The translations under genes were made by a program, and so were the position numbers. A stretch of 64,000 nucleotides of DNA from Eledone cirrhosa (taxonomy: Eukaryota): positions 350,858,001-350,922,000 of the forward strand of contig OZ024741.1 of NCBI GenBank assembly GCA_964016885.1. The letters run 5' to 3'. Each line of letters starts with the position of its first letter. Positions within the stretch are counted from its first letter, which is position 1. Of this stretch, positions 51,751 through 60,700 are shown piece by piece. The notes below the pieces were generated by a model. The model searched no databases, was not told the DNA's origin, and worked only from the letters and a program-made list of their open reading frames with translations.

Positions 51751-54700
51751 TATATATCACCATCATCACCGTTTAACGCCTATTTCTACATGCTTGCATG
51801 GGTTAGACAGGTCGTGCCATTGAGACAAGTTAAATGAAATGAATGTCATGCTCATACAGAACTGATTTTGGTTTGGTTTTTATGGCTGGATGCCCTTCAT
51901 AATGCCAACCACATTTTCAGAGTGGACTGTGTATTTTTTTTATTGTGACACCTACACAACAACTTTACAGTGTGGACTGGGCGCTTTTTGTCGTGTCTCC
52001 TACATGACCACTTCAGTGTGGACTGGGTGCTTTTTGACGTGTTATCACCTCATCCCAAGTCTTCCTACTCCATAGCTTCCATCAACTTCGAGTGCGCTAC
52101 ACCTTTTTATAGAGCTGTCATCCTTCATACACATCACATGTCAATACCAAAGCAATCTCCTCTCCTGTACACTGCATTCTACGGAACACACACACAATAT
52201 CATTACAAATATATGCAAGATACAGAAAAGGTCATTGTTACCTGTGTAAAGAACTGGGGTTGGCTTTCGATACTTTACAGTAATTAAATAACAACTCAGT
52301 AGCAAAAGTCTCCAGACTAAAGAGAGACTGTAAGATCGCATTTAAATAACAAGTGTTGCCCATATTGGTGAGTCTAAAAAGATAAAAGAAATTAATATAT
52401 GAGAAAAATGTAAGCATTTATATACAAAAGCAGGAACTAAATCAAAGTATTTAAAAGATGAAACAATCAATAAAGAAACATATCAGTTCTTAATACATCT
52501 TGGACATAGCCCCTTCAGCTGCTTCTACATTGTTCTGCTGTAATTTCATAAACCTTATTAAAGGACAAACCTGCAAACCCATCACTGCCCACCTCAATAA
52601 ATAAATAAATATATAGTAACAGAGAAGACCCGCCTTGCCAGTAGGCATCTCTAACAAACTACACCCCGTCCCGCCACCACCCCCACCCCATCCACACCAC
52701 CCCGTTCTATGTAAAGTTATGTTGGTGCCGCGCCATCCAGGCCGAAACAAATGAGATCGTGTAGGTGTCACGACAAAAAAACACACAGTCCACGCTGTAA
52801 TGTGGCCGTGTAGGCAACACGGTAAAAACCTCCCAGACCCACACTGTAAATGTGGTTGGTGTTAGGAAGGGCATCCAACTGTAGAAAACCTGCCAGACAG
52901 TCCTATGCGAGCAAGACAATCACTCTTGCCTCAAGTGGGACTACCCCCGTCCAAACCCATGCAAGCGTGGAACACGGACGTTAAACGTTGATGATGATGA
53001 TGATGATGATATAAATAAATAAATTTTGTATCGGGACAAAGGATAGAATTTTTACCCCCTCCTTTCCTACACACTGAACAAGGCCATTTCCTTGATGAGA
53101 TCAGGACCTTGTTGCCTTTGTCAAGTTCACTTTAAAACTATTAATTCCAAGTTAGGCATCTAGAGGTGGAATTTTTCTCTAATTTGGCCATATATATATA
53201 TATATATATAATACATACATACGTATGTATATAGATATATAATACACACACATATGTATGTATATATATGCACACGCATTTTATACATATATAAATAAAT
53301 ATTTGCTCTACGGTTCTTATATATTTGATATATATTTATCCTTATCGAGCCCTCTTTGGATTTTAGTCTTCAAATTTATTATTATTACTAATGTGGCCAT
53401 GTAGGTAACACGGTAAAAACCTCCCAGTCCACACTGTAAACGTGGTTGGTGTTAGGAAGGGCATCCAGCCGTAGAAAACCCGCCAGACAGTCCTATTCGA
53501 GCAAGACAACCAATCTTGCCTCAAGTGGGAAAATTCCTGTCCAAACCCATGCTAGCGTGGAAGATGGATGTTAAACGATGATGATGATGATGATGTATAT
53601 ATAAGCAGGTGGTAACAACCTCAATGACCACAAATGCCCCGTGGAAATAAGCATTGGCACATCTATCGGAATGCATGCGCACACAAACAGATGTAGGAAG
53701 ACAAAAGCACTGACATTGCTTTTGTTCCTCCTAATCTTCCAGTTGAACATTTGTTTTCTGTATGAATGTTAGATTAGAGATGTCCACATGTAAGGCCCTT
53801 TTGGTCGGTGTGGGATATATATATATTATATAAATGCTGTTTACTCGAGAGAAGACTACGTTGGTATGGCCACGTGATGCGCATGAAAGACAACAGCTGT
53901 ATAAAAAAGTGCAAATTGATGGTAGTTACGGAATAGGTAGACCTAGAAAAGCCTGGGACGATCTGATAAATTCCGACCTTATACAGTTGCACCTCTCTAA
54001 GACAATGTCACTGGACCAACATCTTTGGCGCTACGCAGTAATACAGAAGACCCGCCTTGCCTATGTACAAAGCGAAACCTAGTCAGTAGGCACCTCATAA
54101 CCAAATATACACCCAATCCACTACCCCTACTCTATCCTCCCACTCCCACCAACACCACCCTCTCACTATAAAGTTGGTACCACAACATCCAGTCCAAATA
54201 AATGAGATAAATGAGATCGAGGTCATGGAGGTGTCATGAGAAAAAAAAACACAGTCCACGCTGTAATGAGGCCATGTAGGTAACACGGTAAAAAGTTCCC
54301 AGTTCCACACTGTAAATATGGTTGGTGTTAGGAAGGGCATCCAGCAGTAGAAAACCTGCCAGATAGTCCTATATGACTGAGACATGGTCACCCGACCAAC
54401 CTTGCCTCAAGTGGGACAACTCCCGTCTAACCCATGCTAGCGTAGAAAATGGACGTTAAACGAAGATGATGATGATGATATATATACAACACATTTTTTA
54501 CCCTCGTTTTCTTTTCACATGCTGTCTCTCTACGAAGTCATCTACTCCCTTCCTCTCTCTTACATTATTATTAGTGTTGTTGTATTTATCATTTCGATGT
54601 CTCTACTCCCTTCGAAATCCTAACATTAACATTTCGCCTTGTCTAATATAGGTACTCGTATCGGTTTATTTTGCCCCGAGATGCTATAGGCCATGATGGC

Positions 54701-57700
54701 TACCTATCTCACAATTTCCCTCCCGCCCAACCCCTCACACCACCATAGCCTATTCGACCAATCAAGCCTCAGCATGCCCCCCCCCCCCCATTACCAACCC
54801 CAACAAACTGCCATTACTACTACTACCTACCTCTCCTCCCAACACACCCTGCCATTATTACCACCACCACTGTTCTTCTAGCCCTGAATTCTCCTACCGT
54901 TATGTATGGATGAGCTGAGAATAAATGGAGCAACCCCGAATTAATAAAAATGAAAATGAATCTGCGAGCTACCAGGCACCCATGTGAAGTTTCAATTCAG
55001 AGACAGGAAGCATACACACACCCTTGCAAAAATCGACCCTTTCCCACGAATGTTGACAAATGCCCAAAACTCGGTAACCATCAATGTAAGCACAATGAAA
55101 GGAAGAGGAGAAATTGTAGAGATGCTAGAGCAAAATGAAATTGATGTATGCTGTGTGCAAGAGACTAGATGGAGAGGAGAGTCTGCTAGAGTCCTTGTAG
55201 GAAAAAGTCAGTGCTAGAAATTTTTCTGAGTGGGAAATGACAATAGGATGGGTGGTGTAGGTATCCTACTAGCTGACAAGTGGTAATCTCAGTGAACAGG
55301 GTGAAAGAATCATTAAACTCAGACTAGTCCTGAATAAAACAATTACCACAATAATATCAGCTTATGCACCCCAATCGGGGTTGCCAGACGAACTTAAGGA
55401 TAGGTTTTATGAGCCCTTAATGCACACTACTGCTCTAACAAATGACAATGACTTCTTAATCATTGCAGGAGATTTTAACAGACACGTAGGTAAACACCGT
55501 GATGGCTTCTATAGAGTCCATGGGGTTGGCACAAGAAATGAAGAAGGCTTCAGGCTTCTAGAATTCTGCGACGCCAATGACATGCCGATATGTAACACAA
55601 ACTTCAACAAACCCGACACCCACCTGATCACCTATAGATCAGGGGAGCATTCTAGTCAGATAGATTTTATCCTCATCAGAAGACGCGACAGATGGACGGT
55701 CGTAAATACAAAAGCCTTTCCTAGTGAGGAATGTACCTCCCAACATAGCTTAGTTGTCAGCGACCTCACGGTCAGAACTAGACGAACCTGGAAACAGAAG
55801 CCAACCTGGAGAAGAAAGATCTGGAAGCTGAAAGACCTCTCAGCCAGTAACAGATTTAAAGATATTTTACTCAACGCCTATGACAGTAAAGAAGAACAGA
55901 TAGAGACATTCAATGTAGAAGAGCACTGGGAGTTCCTAAAAAATAACTTACTAAAGGTGACGGATGAGATCTGTGGCTGGACTAAGACCACAAGCAGGAG
56001 GAGAGTGACTTGGTGGTGGAACAATAAGGTAGATGAGGCAGTTAAAGCCAAGAGACAGGCATGGAAAGAATGGAACAATGGGGGAAGCAGGGTACATTAC
56101 ATAGAGACCAGGAGGGAAGCTAGGCGACAAGTATACTTAGCTAGGAGGGAAGCAGAGGATAAAAAATTCAAGCATGTTTTGCAACGCGAGGACCAGAAAC
56201 AGGAAGTGTTCAAGATTGCGAGGCAGTGTGTCAGAGAGAATTGTGATATCATTGGAGAGAAGTGTATCCGGAATGATAAAGGTGAGCTTGCCCTCACAAG
56301 TGCTGAAAAGAAAGATGCGTGGAAGAGCCATTATGATAGATTACTAAATGAGCAGAATGCATGGGAAGAAGAGACCCTACCCCAAGTGGACCCTATAGAG
56401 GGGCCAGCAGTACAAGTCAGCAGCAGTGTAGTAAGTAAGACATGGGAACTCCTGTATGCAATGACCTCGCACTTATAGCTGAATCTATGGTAGAACTAGA
56501 GAAGAAATTCCAAACTTGGAAGCAGGGACTAGAAAAAAAGGGTCTCAAAGTCAACCTGACAAAGACTAAGGTCCTTGTAAGTACACGAGAAAACAGAACC
56601 CAGATCCCCTCAGGGAAATGGCCTTGCTCAGTATGTAGGAAAGGTGTAGGTAGGAACTCCATTCTCTGCCCCAAATGCAAACAATGGGTACACAAGAGAT
56701 GTAGCGGGATCTCAGGAAGCTTAATTAAGAATGTAGGATTCACATGTCGCAGCTGTGCTGGGACAGCAAGCAGCAAACAGCCACAGGAAACAAATACCAC
56801 CAAACTCTGGGAGGGCTCTGTAGAAACAGTAGACAGCTTCTGCTACTTAGGTGAACGAATTAGCAGTGGAGGTGGGTGTCCGGAAAGTACAATAACTAGG
56901 GTAAGAACGAGATGGAAGAAGTTCAGGGAGCTACTGCCACTGCTAGCTGCAAAAAGCTTTTCCCTCAAAATGAAAGGCAGACTGTATGATGCGTGTATCC
57001 GAACAGCAATGTTGCATGGTAGTGAGACCTGGGCGCTGTCTGTGGAAGACTTGCGTAGATTAGAAAGAAACAAAGCCTGCATGCTCCGATGGATGTGTAA
57101 TAGTAATATATACGTGAACGGCAAAGCATAAATGAATTGAGAGAGAGACTAAGCATAAGAGGAATCAAAAGCTGTGTGCAGGAGAGGCGGTTGCGTTGGT
57201 ATGGATATGTGATGCGTATGAAGGACGACAGCTGTATAAAAAGGTGCAGAGCAGTAGAATTCGATGGAAACTGCGGAGTGGGGCGACCCAAGAAGACCTG
57301 GGATGAGGTGATAAAAGTTAACCTTACCCAATTACACCTCTCAAGGTCGATGACACACGACCGTGACCTCTGGCGTCACGCAATAATACAGAAGACCCGA
57401 CCCCCCAAGGGTACAAGCCGAAGGTGAAGCATATAGACAATAAGCCCCCAGACCCTCCCACTGCAAAAAAGCATCCAGCCCTCACTGTAAATGAGGTTGG
57501 TGTTAGGAAGGGCATCCAGCTGTAGAAATCAAGCCAGAATCGGTTTCCATATGAGCAAGACAAGGTCAGCCGACCGGACACTGCCCACAATAGGACAACA
57601 CGCCTCACCCATGCTAGCGTGGAAGAACGGACGTAAAACGGTGATGATGATGATGATGATATATATATATATGTGGACATCTCTAATCTAACATACATAC

Positions 57701-60700
57701 AGAAAACAAACGTTCGACTGGGCTTCCTGATGATTTCCCCCGAAGGAAACAGTTCTAGTCCTGTAGAAGCCTTTCTGTATTTAATATTCATACTCTGCTT
57801 TGTATTGAGTACCTTACTTACTGTGGTTACCCCCGATTAAACCCGGGATAAACATATATATATATACACAGGGTATCCCCCTAAAATGTATACACACTTC
57901 AACAGCATGCTAATAAATATTGCCTGTACAGGTCATCAAAGTGTGCATACATTTTGGGGGGACAACTTGTATATATATTTTTCCCCCTACCTAAGCAAGC
58001 ATGGAAAAATAGATGTAAAAGAATGAATATATATATAACAGCAACAACAAAACTGAAATAAAACTGCCACCTCATGTGATAAGTGAAGGAAAATGTTAAA
58101 ATAAATGAGCAAAAGGTATAAGAAAGTTCTATTACCCCCTTAAAGCAAGTTTTGGCACTGGGTAAACAGCTGCAACTGGAGGACTTTCAGCCTTCTTTGG
58201 TTGAGAATTTGTTGAGGAATCCACCAAAAGCCGTGGCCGCTTTACAGGTGTCATTTCACATCTCTTAGTCCTAGAAAAAGAAAGGATTCAGTTAGCCATA
58301 CAGCTACTGTTAGTATACTATTACCATCAGTATACAGCTACCATTACCATACAATTTACTACTGTAAAAAAAAACCTTTATTTAAATATCTATTGAGGAT
58401 CCGTCAATATACCAAAAACAATTAAAAAAATAAAAGGAATTAACTAAACCCACAAAATAGAGATATTTACAGAATTAACTAAACTCACAAAATAGAGATA
58501 TTTATAGAATTATCTAAAGCCAACACTTTGCTGCAGATTTTTTAACAGGTGCATTTGAAAGAAAATTTCTCCAGTTTTGCTTAATATCCATAATAAACAT
58601 ATCTGATTCATTTTTGTTTTGTTTAAGAAGCCTTAATGCTGTGTGTATCCAATTTAGAATAGGCACACCGTTTCTGTGCATGCTATAATATATAACAAAA
58701 ACGGTTTGTGACAAGAAAGGAATCCGGCCATAAACATTGCATTAAAAAAGGCCACCCAGGCCCTTGATGTGTGTTTAGCAGAGTTCAGTAAGTTGCAATC
58801 ACTCAAGCTATGTCAATAATCTGAGGATAACATCTTTCATCCCTTTCTATGTTTCTAAAAAGCAGAAGTTAGTGTATTTTGACGGGCATTCTATGCCAAA
58901 CTAAACACCCAATAAAAGAAAGGTTAAAAAAAAAGTAGTTTACCCCAGGATTCGTTTTCCACCAGTCACACATGAAGATTTATTCTTGTTATAGAAATTA
59001 TTTTTCCCTAGAGAAAAAATATTCTGGATCTTTTCATTTGCACGAGAAAGAAGGTTATCACCATTATATGATGGTGTTGATGACGATCTGGAAATTACAA
59101 AAAATATCTTTTTTTATGTAAACCATGCCACCAAACATGCAGAATAGTAAAACAAATGATAAATAACAAATATATAGCCCTAAAATTGGATAAAATTAAA
59201 TTTTGGTTTTCGATATAAATTCATGCATGCAGACATATGCACCTCTCTCTTCTACTAGCACAGGTGTGGCTAAAAAGGCTAAGAAGTTTGCTCTGTAATC
59301 ATGAGATCTTTGGCTCAATCCCACATACAATGTGGAAGCTTGGGTAAGTATCTTCTAGCATAGCAAATGTCGACCAAAACTTTCTGAAATTTAGTGGAAA
59401 CTGCTTGCAAGCTGTTAATGAAACAAGTATTTGCGGAATACTCAACCACTTACACTATAATACAAGAGTTGTGCTTGTAATTTAAACAGCCATCTGGAAC
59501 ACACTGTCTTGTCTAGTCAGCTTAGGGATTATGTGAATGGCACAAAAGTGTATGGAATATTTGGCCAGTTACACAATATACAACTAGCAGACCATTAGCG
59601 TCAACAATGATGGCAATAGCATTGAACATTTCTGGAGTCCAGGATCGGTATGCAATATATACCTAAATTACTGGATATACAAGCAGTGATACTTTAATCA
59701 TTTACTTCTATCTCCTGCCTTTTTTCTCATCACACCCCACCCTCCTTCCACTTCTCACTCATTATCCTTCTTTTGCATCCTCTATTTCTAACTATCTTCA
59801 GTTGAAGGACTAGTGCCTGCTTAAGACTCTTTTCCTGCTATCTGAAGTGTTAAACTAATATATTTCTTCAATGAACTGCATCATTTGCTTTGTTATTTCT
59901 GTTTACTTTTAACATATATATACAAACACAAACACATGATATATTCTAATATATGATGATTAGTTTTACTGATTGAACAACTGGCACACTCATCATAATT
60001 AAGAAGGAATCCATTAAATTTTTAACCCTTTGATACCTTTAAAACAAAGTCCCAACAATGCTAAAGTCCATTTTTTTAGTTTTTTAAAGGAGACCAGGAA
60101 CAAGAGTGGTGATCTTCACAATGTCAGAGTATTTTAATGGTTCACACTGGTTTGTCTAGATTCCTTACAAGATCAATTTTTTTCATTTCCTTTATTGTTT
60201 TGGTGCCACAATAAAAAGCACCCAGTCCATGCTTTAACCCTTTAGCGTTCAAAGCGACAAAATTATGTCCCCTTTCATTTATTCAAACCGACAAAAAAAG
60301 ACATTTAATACCACACGGAGATTTCCTTCTAAAAATAAACATTGACATCATCGAAATCTCGTCAATTCGAGATTACTGCGAGATAAAGCCCTTACGCGCG
60401 AAAATTAACTCTTAGTATAGTTAAAGAACTTGCGATAACACGTGTTTTTAACGTTGAAAGTGTAACATGGCTTCCGAAAGTAGCGACAACGAATTTGAAG
60501 GTTTTACGTCCGATGACATTCGAGATCAAAAAGAAACAGAAGATAATATCAGTGATTTATCTTCAAACGAATCAGATATATTTATTTCTGATATATCTGA
60601 TAATGATGATAGTTACTTTGAAAGTGAAAGAGAAGATTTGACTGACACCATTGAAAAAATAGCAACGTGGTTGAAAGAAACAACATTGATACATGTTTCG

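Noticed and set aside
52490-52570. Apparent USP37 exon after a ttgcag acceptor
   Set aside because: It has no good in-phase donor, and exon 58136-58270 already joins the Cys-box exon in frame (LRG-LTNMGN).
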